A stretch of 64,000 nucleotides of DNA. It comes from Selaginella moellendorffii. Lineage: Eukaryota; Plantae; Lycopodiophyta. The notes below the pieces were generated by a model. That model saw only the letters and a program-made list of their open reading frames with translations, searched no databases and was not told where the DNA came from. Positions 1 through 12,924 of this stretch are shown here, in pieces (within the stretch, counting starts at the first letter, position 1; every line of letters starts with the position of its first letter). The stretch spans positions 2,119,197 through 2,183,196 of the forward strand of contig NW_003314266.1 in the NCBI RefSeq assembly GCF_000143415.4. Direction: 5' to 3'. A program made the position numbers and the translations under genes.

Positions 1-657
1 TGAGCGAGCGTCTAGGCCTAGCAGACAATAAACAAGCCAAAGCGCTTGTTCGCAAATCGCGATCTCCAAACCTCGTGCTTTGGTCTAAGTTATCAACTTG
101 GTCTAAACAAGACTTGCAGCCAGGGACTTTTTACGGAAGAGGTAAGCGCGATAAAACAAGGAAAACTTTACAGGATTGCGTAAGCCGGCGATGAGAGCAA
201 TGAGATGAGATGAGATGAGATGAGATTCACGTTGCCACGGCTCCCGTGACGCAAGCTCTTTGACCGCGATGAGTCCATTCAATCCCATTAAAAACACTTT
301 AGGGCTTTCCTCCAGCGCGGCGTGTACGGTGATTCCGAGCAAAGTGTTGGAAACATGTCTTCGGAGGAATCTGCGTGCTGTCTTCCACTCAAAAAGCCAA
401 GAACGCGAAATTATTCCAGATACTATAGCATATTCTAGTTCAGAGCATCTTTCTGTAATATGCTAATTTTTAAATTTTTATTCCAGGGCGGGAATTGAAC
501 CGAGAACTTGGAATGCCAGGTGTTGAATCTGCCGCGCTCGGTTTCATGCACGAATTGCCGCCACCTTCGCTGGTTTTTAGGTCTTTCACTTCTTCTTCGT
601 CGATCCTTGGGTGGCGAAGCGAGAAGAAGGCGCGCGATTGGAGTGGATTGAGAGGAA

Positions 658-2348
658 ATGCTGGATTCTTCCTCCTCTTCCGGGGGAGAGATCACCAAGG
701 AATGGCTTCGCAAGCACTGCCGGAGATTAGGGCTCTATGTCACGCCCTCTCTCAATGACAAGCTCTATCTCCACTACCAGGGCTTTGGAGAGATCAAGAA
801 CCTGGAAGAATACACTGTGAGCGATCTTTGTTTTCTTTGATTGCTACATTTTCATGGTTTTGCTTGTGTGCAAGCCAGGGACTGAAGATGCTGTTCCTCG
901 AAGGGAATTTCTTTGAGTCTTTGGATGGTCTACAGCCACTGGCGGAATTACGATGCTTGTAGGTAGTCTCTCTAAAACTTCTAGTTTTCTCAGTTTCGAT
1001 TTGAACGCGGAGAAAAAAAAAAAAAAACCTCTTTTCCAGGTACGTCCAGAAGAATCAAATTGCTTGTATCAACCATCTCGAGGATCTTAAAATGCTGGAC
1101 ACCTTGGATCTCAGGTTGGTCGCTTCTTCTCTTCCACGAACTTCTCTTGTTTGAAGCTCTCGTTTTGCTCGATGATGCCGACAGTAACAACTGCTTGAAA
1201 ACGCTCGAGAATCTCTCGGCTTGCCCGAGCCTCAAGGTCCTGCAAGTCTCAAACAACTATCTCAAGTCTGTGGAATCCATCGAGCACCTCAAAGACTGTA
1301 CCTCGATATGGTAAGCATTGTCATCTCTTTCTTCCAGCTTGTGGTTGTGACCCTCGAGCTTGGAAAACTCCATGAAGCGTTCTCGACGTATCGTCCAACA
1401 AACTTGACGATGGAGAGGGAGTTTTGGGAGTTCTTAAAGCCATGCCCGAGCTTACCGTGCTTTACTTATCCGGTAATCCATGCGTAACGAACCTGCAGCC
1501 CTATCGCAAGGTAAGTCCATGTTTTAAACTTGAGAGAAGCTTACCACTTTGCTGTAGACTGTGATCTCGAGTCTTCCCAAGCTCAACCATCTGGATGATC
1601 GGCCAGTGTTTTGGGACGAGCGTCTTTGTGCCGAGGCTTGGTAAATGAGCTCGCTTGATCTTTATCTGCCCTGCCCTGTTGAGTTGTAAGACCACTGCAG
1701 GGCCAGAGGTGGATATCAAGCTGAGCAAGAGGAACGAGAGCGTGTTAAAGCTATAAGGAGCGAAATGGAGATAAAGCAACTGGAAAGTAAGTTTGTTTAC
1801 CTGATGAAGAAGTTCTTTTGAGAGAGACTTGTGGCACAGGCATGAGAAAGATAAGAAACGATGCTCTCGAAGAAAGAGCCCGGTTGGAAGCTGTGGAAGC
1901 GATGGAGGAGGAGGAGAGAAGTACCAAGGACGCGCAAGTTGAGGCATGCTTTCAAAGTCGGGAGTCTACCGCTGTAGCCGAGGAGGTCGAAGAGGAGCTG
2001 GAGACTTCTGGCTCCGAGTGTTTCACTCTGGACAGTGATACTGAGAACTACAACGACATCGAGCTTACACGATCAGACGAGCAGAGGCTTGGCTCGGATA
2101 CTCCTGTGACAAACGAGGAGATGACAGAGACCAAGGAGGACGAACGAAAGGACAGTTCTGGGACGATAGAGAACCTTAGTCCAGAGACAAAAGAGGACGA
2201 ACAGAAGATTTTCTCGAAGAAATCTCAGGACGAACGAGTGCTTAACTTGAACACAAGGGAAGACGAACACACGGTCAGTGAGACCAAAGAAGAGGACGAA
2301 CAGAAGCTTAGCTCGGCAGCCGATGCAAAGGACAATAGTGTCTGTTAA
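658..2348 (+). CDS. DNAAF1: Dynein axonemal assembly factor 1 (ODA7/LRRC50)-like LRR protein, multi-exon, with acidic C-terminal tail
   Basis: N-terminus [52 protein letters not shown] is characteristic of ODA7/LRRC50. SDS22-like LRRs follow ([18 protein letters not shown]), then LRRcap-like [19 protein letters not shown] and GT-AG introns. Confidence 0.85.
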
Positions 2349-2489
2349 AATTGAACGGACAAATGTAGAATCAGCAAAATTTCAGCCTCCCTAGAAACCA
2401 CTCACAGAAACCACATGGCCATGTGATGCGAAAGCTATGGTACAGGCGAGAGAGTTACTCACACGCTTATTACTCTTGTGAATCTTCTT

Positions 2490-3784
2490 TCACTTTGGAA
2501 GGTCATGGAGGAACTCGACGAACTCGTCAATCAGATATGGCCATGCTCCCTCGGAGTCGTAGTTGGAAAGCGATGAATCAATCGACTGCCAGGGAAGATA
2601 TCACGCAAATTAGTTTCACAGACTACAAAGCGCTTACTTTGGAGAACTCGAACAGCTGCGACCACGTATCTTTCGATATGGCCTTGTTGTGCTTAGCCTG
2701 CGATTCACATGTATAACTTAGTTTCTCAACCAAGGTTCGAATTGTATACGTACTTGTAAAAACTGGCACCAAGGCTCTACCAGCGGCCAAGGATGCTCGT
2801 TAAACAGTAGGCGCCACATACCCAACGCCGTATCTAATGCAAGCGATTTTTGACCCTGAAAGATCCAGCATAAGCCCACTTGGACAAAAAGAAACACAAA
2901 CCTTTTCCTTGGCCCAGTTGAATGCAAAGTTATAAATCTCTCGAAACTTGTCTGCAACCATGTAGAAAGCGTTTGCAATGAGAAAGCTAAACGCATGGTG
3001 AGGGTTAGAAAATCATACTAAGTGAGAAGGCCTACGTTCTTCTTTAAGCTCTGCCCGAAGGGACGGAAGAAGTGACTTTAGCTTATCGATGGAGTCCACC
3101 CTGAGCGAGACACCGACTTAGAACGATCATGATCATCGAAGGATAGAAACCAAAAACTCACCCAAGAGATTGAAAGCCAGTGATGAACTCTTGCCTCGAA
3201 AACTCACACATTGTGGCCGCTCCCATATGCCACGAGATGACGAGCATCACAACATCTCCAGGGTCGACTTTGAGATCGTCACAGAAAGCCGAGATGCCAT
3301 CGACCAAGATCATATCCGAGAAACGATCTGAAAGTTGGAAAACAATGGATCGTCAAAGAAAAGAAAAGTTTTCCATCACCCCATACCTTTGTAACGCATG
3401 TAAAGCTCCTCTAAGTGCCGAGGATCCGCCATTGGCTTGGACACTGGCTGGTTCGTATAGAAGTACTCGAAAGCCCCTTCCAAGTTCCAATCGCTCGCCT
3501 TCAGTGCTGTCAAGGAGGCCTTCTCACTGCCATGGAAGAACAACATCAACGAAGAACAAGAAGAAGATTCAAGCAAAACAAAAAAGAAAAGACAATCTCT
3601 ACATACGTTGCTCCCGCGATTGACATGAACTGATGGACTTTGTCCCGCTGTGATCTCCCCAGCTTATGCTGAAAGAGCGCATCGATCAAGGAAATCGAAA
3701 TTTGCGAAAGAAACCTAAATGGCGCTAGCATCGAATCGATGCGCCGCGCAAAGATTATGCTCGCAGTCGATAGAAACGTACCAT
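2490..3784 (-). CDS. DCN1: DCN1-like protein (defective in cullin neddylation; UBA + PONY domain), multi-exon
   Basis: Exons encode [67 protein letters not shown] and the C-terminal [20 protein letters not shown]. Stop codon at 2490-2492. Confidence 0.9.
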
Positions 3785-4063
3785 CTTCGTGGTCGCGCCG
3801 CCCAGCGCTAGGTCTCCCTCTCTCTCCTATCTCTCTCGCATTCCCTCGTACGAAGGAGCTATATACGCGAGTGTTATTTTCCCCTTCCTTGTATAATCAG
3901 GTTTGAACCCTAGACCTAAAGATCTTTATAAAACGAATATGCTTTAAACATGCTTTAAGCATATTCTTTGGATATAGGAAATCTTTGTCCGGTATTGAAC
4001 CCCCGACGCCTGGGGAATAAAGACTTTGGCTATGGTAGACTACCACAACGAACTGTCAAGGCG

Positions 4064-5345
4064 ATGGCGATGGCGGCGTCTCCCGGAGCGTCCCATTTGC
4101 ATGCCAGATCGGGATCCTCGAGGTCGCCAGCGAATCAGGCGCTCTCCGCCTCGTCGATCGCATTGCCGCAGCGGTGCATCGAGTGCCGGATTTCGTCGGC
4201 GTCGTCCCCCAGCCAGCGCCAGATCGTCCACGCCGTCGCCAGGGAGCCGCTCAAGGTGATGATCTCCGGCGCGCCGGCGTCGGGCAAGGGGACGCAGTGC
4301 GAGCTCATCACGGACAAGGTATGCCGATCGTCCTCCTTCTCTTTGCCCCGATAGGATTTTGCGCATTGGGGCCTGGACGATCGATCTATGGGTCTCCACG
4401 GCACGATATTTCGACCGGAAGTCGATCGATTGATCGCTTGATTTTCATTTGTGTCTAACTCACAAGTTCTTTTGTGTGATCACAGTATGGTCTTGTACAC
4501 ATAGCAGCTGGAGATTTACTGCGAGCCGAGGTAGCCGCGGGTACTGAGAATGGAATCAAAGCGCAAGAGTATATGAACAAAGGCCAGCTCGTTCCAAACG
4601 AGATCGTAGTGTCAGTAAGAACACTTACTCTAGCCTCTTATAGTTCTAATCTAACACGAGTTATTCATCGTTTTGTGCTTGTTTTGTTCTAGATGGTGAA
4701 GCGAAGACTGGAAGAGCAAGACGCGCAAGAGAAAGGCTGGCTGCTGGATGGCTACCCGCGAAGCGTGTCGCAAGCCGACGCGCTGGAAGCTCTAAACATC
4801 CGGCCTCACGTCTTCATCCTCTTGCAAGTAAGTGGTCGTTTAGTTTTTCTTTGTCTAACCTGAAACGATCGAGCTTCTCTTACCGATTTTTATCCAGGTT
4901 CCCGAGGACATTCTCGTGGAAAGAGTGGTCGGTAGGAGATTGGATCCCGTCACGGGAAAAATCTACCATCTTACGTATGCTCCTCCCGAGACTCCAGAGA
5001 TCGAAGCTCGGCTAACTCAGCGAAGCGACGACACGGAAGAGAGGGTAACGTAGCATTAGAAACTTTCCCTGACTAAGTTTTCTCTTTGATTTTCTTCCTC
5101 CAGGTGAAGCTCAGGCTTAAAACTCACCGGCAAAACGTCGAGGATGTGCTATCGATCTACTCAGACGTGATTGTTCCTGTAAGTTTTGGATCGATCACAA
5201 GCTCTTTATTTGCTGAGAAGTCTCGATTTGTTTGACACAGGTGGATGGAAATCGGCCCAAAACCGAGGTTTTCTCGAGCATCGATTCGATTCTAAACGAG
5301 ATGGTACAAAGCGAGCAATTAGGAGAGGCCATGAGCTCGAGCTAA
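4064..5345 (+). CDS. Chloroplast adenylate kinase (transit peptide + ADK domain), multi-exon
   Basis: P-loop [14 protein letters not shown], then [38 protein letters not shown] and RSDDTEE. The N-terminus is Ser/Ala-rich like a transit peptide. Confidence 0.92.
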
Positions 5346-5481
5346 AGAGCAAAATAAAATTTTTTGGCGAATATGCCCGTAGATTCTTTACAAAGAATAT
5401 GCTTAAAATACTCGTTAATGTGGGAGATGCTTATAGTGGATTCTTTAATGGCCAAATTCTAGGGTTGTTGCGCTTGTGGCG

Positions 5482-7738
5482 ATGGCGATCCTCGAGTCCC
5501 CGCGCGTCGGCGCTGGAATGCTGGATCGCATCCGATCCCTCACGGATGTCGGCACCATGAATCGGATGCTCCACGAGAGCATTGCGTACGAGCGCAGCAT
5601 CGACGGCGAGCTGGAGAGCCTCCTCGCGCAGCGCCAGGAGGTGGAGAAGAAGCTGCTAGGGCTCCACCGGACGGGCGAGGTGCTGGAGATCGTCCGCGCC
5701 GACGCGGAGCAGATGCTCCGCAGCGTGGAATCGACGTGCTCGCTGGCCAATCTGGTGAGTGGCAAGGTGAGGGAGCTGGATCTGGCGCAGTCGCGGGTCC
5801 AGGAGACCCTAGCCCGGATCGAGGCGATCGTGGATCGCGGCAGCTGCATTGACGGCGCCCAGAAGGCGCTGGCGAGCGAGGATTACGAGTCGGCGGCCAG
5901 GAACGTGGAGAGATTTCTCCAGCTCGAGGAGAGGATGGGGGGCCTGGTGGATCCCGCGAGTGACCAGCACGTCCAGCTGCTGGAATCCAAGAGGAAGCTG
6001 GAGGAGGTGATCAAGAAGAGATTCTACGCGGCAGTGGACGCGAGAGATCACGCCGGGGTGGTGAGATTCGCGTCGCTGTTTGCTCCTCTTGGGCTCCACG
6101 AGGAAGGGATCAAGGCCTACGTGAGCTACCTGAGGAGATCGGTGGATCATCGCGCTCGCGATGGCTTCGCGGCCGTGAAGGAGACTCCAGACCAGGCGGA
6201 CTTTGTGGCGGCGCTCAACAACATCTTCAAGGACATCGCCGAGGCGATCGAGGAGAACGAGGAGCTCCTCAAGAGCTTGAATGGAGAGGATGGGCTCGTC
6301 TACGCGATCCTGGAGCTGCAAGAGGAGTGTGACTCGCGCGGCTCGGCCATCGTGAAGAAGTATATGGAGTTTCGCGGGCTGGCCAAGCTGGAGAAGGAGA
6401 TCATCGCGCAGACAAACGCGGAGAAGGACATCGTCGCGCAGTCCAAGCTCTTGATGTCCGCCAGTGGCGCTGTCGAGGGGCCGGATCTCCGCAGCATCGA
6501 GATGTTCTTGGAGGAGATCCTGCTCTTGATCCAGACCAGCGAAGACTACACGCAGTATATGATCGGGAGAGTGAGGGAGGCTGGATCTTCCGGAGCTCAC
6601 TTCAGCCCGCGCGCCACCACATCTTTCAAAGTCGGGAGCTTCTACCGCGCGGTGCAAGAGCTGACGAGCCACTATCGCTTGCTGGAGGAGTACTTCATGG
6701 CAGAGAACGTCCGCAAGGCGATCAAGCTGGACGAGTTCCCGGCCAATTCCCTGACGACTTCGGTTGTGGACGACGTCTTCTACGTGCTCCAGAGCTGCAC
6801 CAGACGCGCGGTCTCCACGTCCAACGTCCATCTCACGCTCTCGATCGTCACTTGCGCGGCCAACCTACTGGGAAACGAGTACAAGGACGCGCTCCAGAGG
6901 AAGATGCGCGAGCCAAACCTGGCGATGAAGCTCTTCGCCGGAGGAACAGGGGTGGTGAAAGTGGGAATGGAGGTGGCGGCGGCGCTAAACAACATGGACG
7001 TGAGTGCCGAGTACGTCCTCAAGCTAAAGGCCGAGATCGAGGAGCAGTGCAACGAGGTAAGCGGTGCTTCTCGTTTGCTTTCGTCTTTTCTCACGGCTTT
7101 AGCAACAGATCTTCCCCGGCCCCGCCGAGAGGGAGAAGCTCAAGTCCTCGCTACTGGAGCTGGGCGAGGCGAGTGTCTCGTTGCGGCAGATCACAAACTC
7201 GGGCCTCGAGCAGCTCGCCAACTGCATCGCCCCTCGGCTGCGCTCCACGCTAGACGCGGTGGGGACTGTTTCTTACGAGCTCACCGAAGCACAGTACGCC
7301 GAGAACGAGGTGAACGATCCGTGGGTCCAGAAGCTGCTGCACGGAGTGGAGGCCAACGTGAGCTGGTTGCAGCCGCTGCTCACGGCCGGGAACTACGACA
7401 CGCTCGTCCACCTCGTCATCGACTTCATCGTGAAGCGGCTGGAGGTTGTCATGGGCCAGAAGCACTTCAACCAGCTGGGGGGACTGCAGCTGGACAGGGA
7501 CGCGCGAGCGCTGGTGGGGCACTTCTCGGGGATGACGCAGAGGACGGTGCGGGACAAGTTTGCGCGGCTCTCGCAGATGGCCACCATCCTCAACTTGGAG
7601 AAGGTGTCGGAGATCCTCGACTACTGGGGGGAGAACTCGGGGCCCATGACGTGGAGGCTCACACCCAACGAGGTCCGTCGCGTTCTGGGGCTCCGGCTGG
7701 ATTTCAAGCCCGACGCCATCGCCGCGCTCAAGCTGTGA
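5482..7738 (+). CDS. COG4: Conserved oligomeric Golgi complex subunit 4, two exons
   Basis: SGKVRELDLAQSRV, LTTSVVDDVFYVLQSCTRRA, and C-terminal FNQLGGLQLDRDARAL...VRDKFARLSQMATILNLEKVSEILDYWG...WRLTPNEVRRVLGLRLDF. One intron at ~7057-7108. Confidence 0.93.
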
Positions 7739-8934
7739 GCCATAGCGACGTCCGAGTCTCGATCGATCGATGGGAACTTTTGTCCGTCGGGTAGAGGAGA
7801 GAAGCTCAGCTCCCCCCCGGAAAGGTCCAAGACTCTTTCCAGGAGGACGACGTTCCAGCGCTCGCCATCGCCATTGCTCCAGCGGTTTCTCTTGCGGCTT
7901 TAATTTTCTCGTTGGAAAGGTATGTTTGCGAGCTGAGCGTTTGGATCCATCACCTCTTTTTCTTCTCTCTTTTCTTTCTTTTTTCTTTGCAGGAAGATGG
8001 CTTGAATGAATTTGTAGCTGGCAAGCACATGTAACTGGCGGCTGGTGGCCAAGGATGGAGCTTTCATTCACACTGGAGATTCCACTGTGTTGGTAGAATA
8101 TTCTCCCTTTATAAAAAAAATTCTACTCTGTTGGTAGAATATTCCTCCATTTTTAAAAAAGAGAACTATACACGCTTGGAAACCAACGAACTCCCTGGCG
8201 CGAGAAACAATCCATCCATCCGTCCATGCGTTTTTTTGTTTGGATCTCTCTCACGCTTTGTACTTACAAAACAATATCATTCACCTATCATTCATCTCGT
8301 TCCATTGTCTCGAGATTGATCGATTCGCTTCCACTCAATTCTTTCTCTCTTTTTTTTTTTGGGTTTCTTCGCACTCTTTCTATCTGGTGCTGGCTGCCTG
8401 GCTTGATTTTTTCCGTGATCGAGTCCTGTCCAATCCAGGGGAAACCATTCTTTTTCTCGCGATCACGATTCCAGAATCGAGTTGTTCCTGGATTTTTTTT
8501 CTTGCCTTTCCCCTGTTCCTCGCTTTGCGCCCCGCCGCTTGTGAAGGATCATAGCAGCAATGCTTTCCTCTCCAGTGGAGCGAAAGCACCACCTCCCTTT
8601 TCACGCAAAATTCTTCGCCTTTGCTGCTGCTGCTGCTGCTGCGATGGATGATAACTTTGTGCCGGTGTGTTCCTGCTGTTGAGCACTGGCGAGCATTAAC
8701 AAAGCCCCCGGAAAAAAGAAGACCTGCTGTAGCACGATCCTGATCCCTGACGATGTAGAGATATATATCCCCATCCACTGCTGCTTACCACCACCACCAC
8801 CACACCTTTCTCGCTAGCTAGAGCCGATCCTGTCCAAAAAATTTATGTACCGAAGGCCTGATTGCCAGACGCCAGCGCAATCTCACCACCACCTGGAGAT
8901 AGATCCCCACTGCTCTTCCCATCTTTTCCTCCTT

Positions 8935-10338
8935 TCACGACAGCTCCTTCCTCAGCTTTCGAGAGAAAGGCTGGCAGGCGTCGATGCTCAAGTCCACCGC
9001 GGCTGCCAGAGCCATGAACACCGCTGCGTCCTCGGCGCAGGTGATGTGCCGCATCGCCAGCTGAACCAGCGGCCTGCCGGAGGAGCTCTGCCGCTCGCCC
9101 CGCGTCGTGCAGCTCATCACGAATCCCCCCGACGCCGGCAGCCCGACGTTGATGAAGTTGCAGTCTCCGCTGCTGCGGGGGCTCTGCACGGGAGTTCTCG
9201 CCGGCGACGGCGTTGCCGGACGAAACCTCGCCGTGTCGATCGAGAACTCTCCCCCGGAGTGTGAGCTGATGACCGTCTCCGAGACCAAAGCGCCCCCAAC
9301 GTTTGCCGTGCCGCCACCACCATTCTCCGCAACTAGCTGGAAACGAAGCCCGAGGCCACCTTTGCTGCCTCTTTCTTTCCACGCCTCGAGTCTCCCCCAC
9401 GGCTCCCAGCTGTCTCCACTTGTGGAATCCGGGCGGAGGATGAGCCAGGCCCCGGGATTGGAGCGGCTGACGCGGTCACTCCCCGCCGACGGCACGAAAG
9501 GTGTCACCATTGACGCAGCAGCCACGGGGGAGCCGGATAGATCATGGATCATGATCAGCCACCCTTTGCGTTCCTTCCTCTCCTTGTGATCATGGCCTCC
9601 CAATGGACCCGACCACTTCCCCGCACCGCTACGAGGAGTCTCACACAGTCCCAGCCTGAGAGAAAAAATCCAAAGAGTTAGACCACCAAACTCTCTCCAG
9701 GAAAAACTCTGACAAGCTCACCTTGATCGGCTCAGTCTATCCCTGCTGAACTTGCAGCTGAAGAGCGGTTGCGTGATCTTGCCTTGAATCTGCACGATCT
9801 GGGGGCTGGCCACCGTCTCCCCATCAAACTGGAAAATGTAGCGAGGATCCGCCTCCACTTTGATGACGAGATGGAGCTCGGCTCCCGGCTTGCCATCGGT
9901 GGAATTCCCCTTGCCAATGCCCGTCCAGCCGCTGTGGAGCTGGATGGGCTTTCCTTCCATCCACTGCGAGCTCACCGGCAGCGAGAATGTCCCCATGAGC
10001 TTCCCTTCTTTCACTCCACACCGAGTTCCCTGCCGTCCAGTGTAGACCAGAACTTCCAGGCATGGAAACGAGCTCTTGAAGCACGAAGTTGGCGAGAGGA
10101 GCTTGTCGAGAGCCGACTCGTCGAGGTAGAAGTTGGCGGCGATGCCGCGATCCGGGGGTGGCGACGTGGGCGAGACGAGCGGCACTGGCGTGGTCTGGAC
10201 TGGGTAGCCTGGAAGCCGGACCTCGCAGAAGAATGGCGATGTCGAGGAGTGGACTCCTGTTCTAGCGGGCTTGGAGGCGAGCGGCACCCGGACGCCCAGA
10301 GCACTCACCGAGAGCTTGATGAACGCGCGAGGATCCAT
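8935..10338 (-). CDS. DUF1005 family plant protein, two exons
   Basis: MDPRAFIKLSV, DPRYIFQFDGE...SPQIVQIQG..QPLFSCKF, ERKGWLIMIHDLSGSPVAAASMVTPFVPS, WEPWGRLEAWKERG, EDAAVFMALAAAVDLSIDACQPFSRKLRKEL. Confidence 0.85.
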
Positions 10339-11173
10339 GTCGATTGCTGGCGAGTGATCCTTTTGCCCATGCTCAGAAGATCGCTGCTATGTAGTGATGG
10401 AGTGCCATGATCTTTGGATTGATAGTGTGATCGCGGCCCGCCTCTCTTCTAGCCTTGGAAGGCACTGTAAAGGAATGCTTGCTTGCCTGGATAAATGCTG
10501 TGCTTTGCTCGTAACGTAAGCGAGGGAGAGAGAGAGAGGAAGAGGGGGAGATAGAAAAATCGGCAAGAGAATCGAAAGGGGAGAACCTTCCAAAAGCAAA
10601 ATCCCTCGCAAGGATCCCGAATTCTTTTCTTTTCACTCTGCTATCCAGCAAGAACCCCAGGAATCGCGAATCGACGAAACGCACGAGAAAAGAGGAGAGG
10701 AGGGGGGAAGGAAACCTGGAGCGCCGCTGCGCGACCTTCACTCGAAATGCGCGTCGACGACCACCGATCCAGCCGCGAACAAAAGAAATCCCCTGAGAAT
10801 CCACTGGAGCGCGGTAGAATATCGAGGATGGAGAGCAAGATTTCCGGCAGGGATTCGTGCGCGCCGGCCTGGGGCTCCTCGCTCGCTCTGGATGGATCGA
10901 TCTCTCTAATAGGAGAGAGAGGGATTGAAAGAAGAGAGAAGAGAGAGAGGATCTTCCAGCCCAGTACACTACACACACAGCCAAGCCTCGCCTGTATTCC
11001 AGTAGGGTTTTTCGCGTTTTCTTGCCAATGCCGTGCCAACTCACACACCCCCTTTCACAGCCAGGCAATTAACAGCCTGGCGGGCAAATGGAGGGACCGG
11101 CAGTCCGCGACGGCAATATCCAGCAGCTAACAGCGACAAAAAAGCCCAGCTGACGTGGACTAGCCAGTTGTCT

Positions 11174-11229
11174 AAACCCTAACTCTTAGGGTTTTAACCC
11201 TGTTTTAGGGTTTTACCCACTTTTAGGGC
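11174..11229. promoter_or_regulatory. Cluster of telo-box (AAACCCTAA/TTAGGGTTT) motifs in a divergent promoter
   Basis: AAACCCTAA-ctc-TTAGGGTTT followed by two more TTAGGG copies, lying between the divergent DUF1005 and F-box genes. Confidence 0.5.
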
Positions 11230-11490
11230 TCTTGGAACTTTTCCCACGACGTGACATTGCTTCTGCGTGCGCCCTAACCGACACTAGGTAGGGGATCCCC
11301 GCAAGCAAGCATTGCGTGAACACCTGGCCGGTCCAATAGTGTTCTCGCTTGTATTGTCCGAGCGGGGCATCGATCCATCCATCCTTGTTCGCGTTGTTTG
11401 CTTTGGCCGCTCCAACAGTGATCGATCGGCCGTTTCCACGCGCTGCGAATTGGAGCCCTCCTCTGGATCGCGCGATCTTTGGCTTCCTTC

Positions 11491-12711
11491 ATGGCGATTG
11501 GAGCTACTCTGGAACAATTAAAACCACGCGTGAGCGTCCGAGGAGAAGAACAAGAGGAGGAAGAAAGATTTATGGAGAGTACCATGGTGATCTGGGAGGA
11601 GCTCCCGCGGGATCTCGTGAGTAGCGTCGTTTCGTGGCTGCCAATCACCGACATTCTTCGATCGCGCACCATCTCCAAGCAGTTCCATGCGTGGATCAGC
11701 AGCATCAGCTTCCTGGACGAGATCGCTCGAGTTCCATCGCAAAGTTCTTGGCTGGTTCTCTTCCCCAGCTCCACACCATCCATCGCCAGTGCCTACGATC
11801 CATCGCTGGACTCCTGGCTCTCGCTTCCGGTCCCGCTGCAAATCCAGCCACTGGCTTCTTCCAGAGGATTGATCTGTGGAGCTCCAAAACCCGATCTTGG
11901 GAGCGGCAGTAGCAGGAGCAGCAAAGAACTCCATGTTTGCAATCTCGTGACGAGATCATGGGTGAGAGTTCCTCAGCCTCGGGAGATGTCGCGATTCTTC
12001 TTCCTCGTCGTCGGGATGGTTTCCACCGGTAGGAGCGGATTCACGATCGTCGTCGCCGGATCCGACCTCGTCTCCCACCACGCCTCCGCCAACTTCAAGC
12101 TCTCCGCCTGGGTGTTTGAGTCGCGCAGCTGGAAGTGGACGAAAGGTGGCACTGTTTTGATCGACGCGGCCATCTCGACGAGCAAGGCGATGAGCGACAG
12201 CACGCTGTTCGTCGTGTCTGGAAACCGCGAGCTCGTAGCGTATGATCTTGGTCGAGGAAGCTGGCGGCGTGTGGATCTTCCAGCGAAGGAGCTCACGTCA
12301 GTGAAGCTGGTTGATCGTCTGGGAAGGCTGGTGCTCGTTGCTCGCACTAACCAGGACGAGATCGCCATCTGGGAACTCCACCAAGAACAGCCCAGAAGCC
12401 GCAGCGATGGAGAGAAATCTCTTCCAAGCGATGATCCAAGCTTCTGGATAGAATTGGACAGAATGCCTCGGTGCTTGAGCGACGAGCTTCTTCTCAAATC
12501 ACCGTCGCGAAGAATTGCGTGCGTTGGAAGCGGCGATATGGCTTACTTCTCCAGCACCAAGTGCGCATCGATCCTCGCCTACACATTCTCGACCAGGAGC
12601 TGGCGATGGACGAGCTGCTGCTCCCGCGTGACCAAGAATCCCCATTACGACATGCTTCGGGGCATCTGCCTCGAGCCCCGGCTGGAAATCAGCCCATCCA
12701 AGAAATTGTGA
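11491..12711 (+). CDS. F-box protein with kelch/FBA-like beta-propeller, single exon
   Basis: F-box IWEELPRDLVSSVVSWLPITDILRSRTISKQFHAWI, then AYDPSLDSW, LASSRGLIC, VCNLVTRSW, and C-terminal EPRL. Confidence 0.85.
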   Translation: MAIGATLEQLKPRVSVRGEEQEEEERFMESTMVIWEELPRDLVSSVVSWLPITDILRSRTISKQFHAWISSISFLDEIARVPSQSSWLVLFPSSTPSIASAYDPSLDSWLSLPVPLQIQPLASSRGLICGAPKPDLGSGSSRSSKELHVCNLVTRSWVRVPQPREMSRFFFLVVGMVSTGRSGFTIVVAGSDLVSHHASANFKLSAWVFESRSWKWTKGGTVLIDAAISTSKAMSDSTLFVVSGNRELVAYDLGRGSWRRVDLPAKELTSVKLVDRLGRLVLVARTNQDEIAIWELHQEQPRSRSDGEKSLPSDDPSFWIELDRMPRCLSDELLLKSPSRRIACVGSGDMAYFSSTKCASILAYTFSTRSWRWTSCCSRVTKNPHYDMLRGICLEPRLEISPSKKL

Positions 12712-12924
12712 GAAACCCTGTAAGATTGTTCTTCCACTCCAAAAACATACCATTGGATTGAGATCTCTTTCGCCTCGTTCGCTTGCGGTAAGAAGCTGGA
12801 ATGGATGGGGGCTCGAGCGAGCGCCTTCCAATCTCTCCGCTTGCGCTAGACCTAGAAATATTGCAAGAAATGTGAGCTTTGAGTTAAACCTAGAAGGGGG
12901 TTTTTCTTTCTCTTTGATGGAGTG

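Noticed and set aside
5809-6831. Long antisense ORFs (also 32955-33881, 9769-10410, 49507-50193)
   Set aside because: They are shadows of GC3-rich sense coding sequences and have no independent motifs.
8087-8160. Short direct repeat tgttggtagaatattc x2
   Set aside because: It is a small local duplication in 3'-UTR/intergenic DNA with no TE hallmarks.
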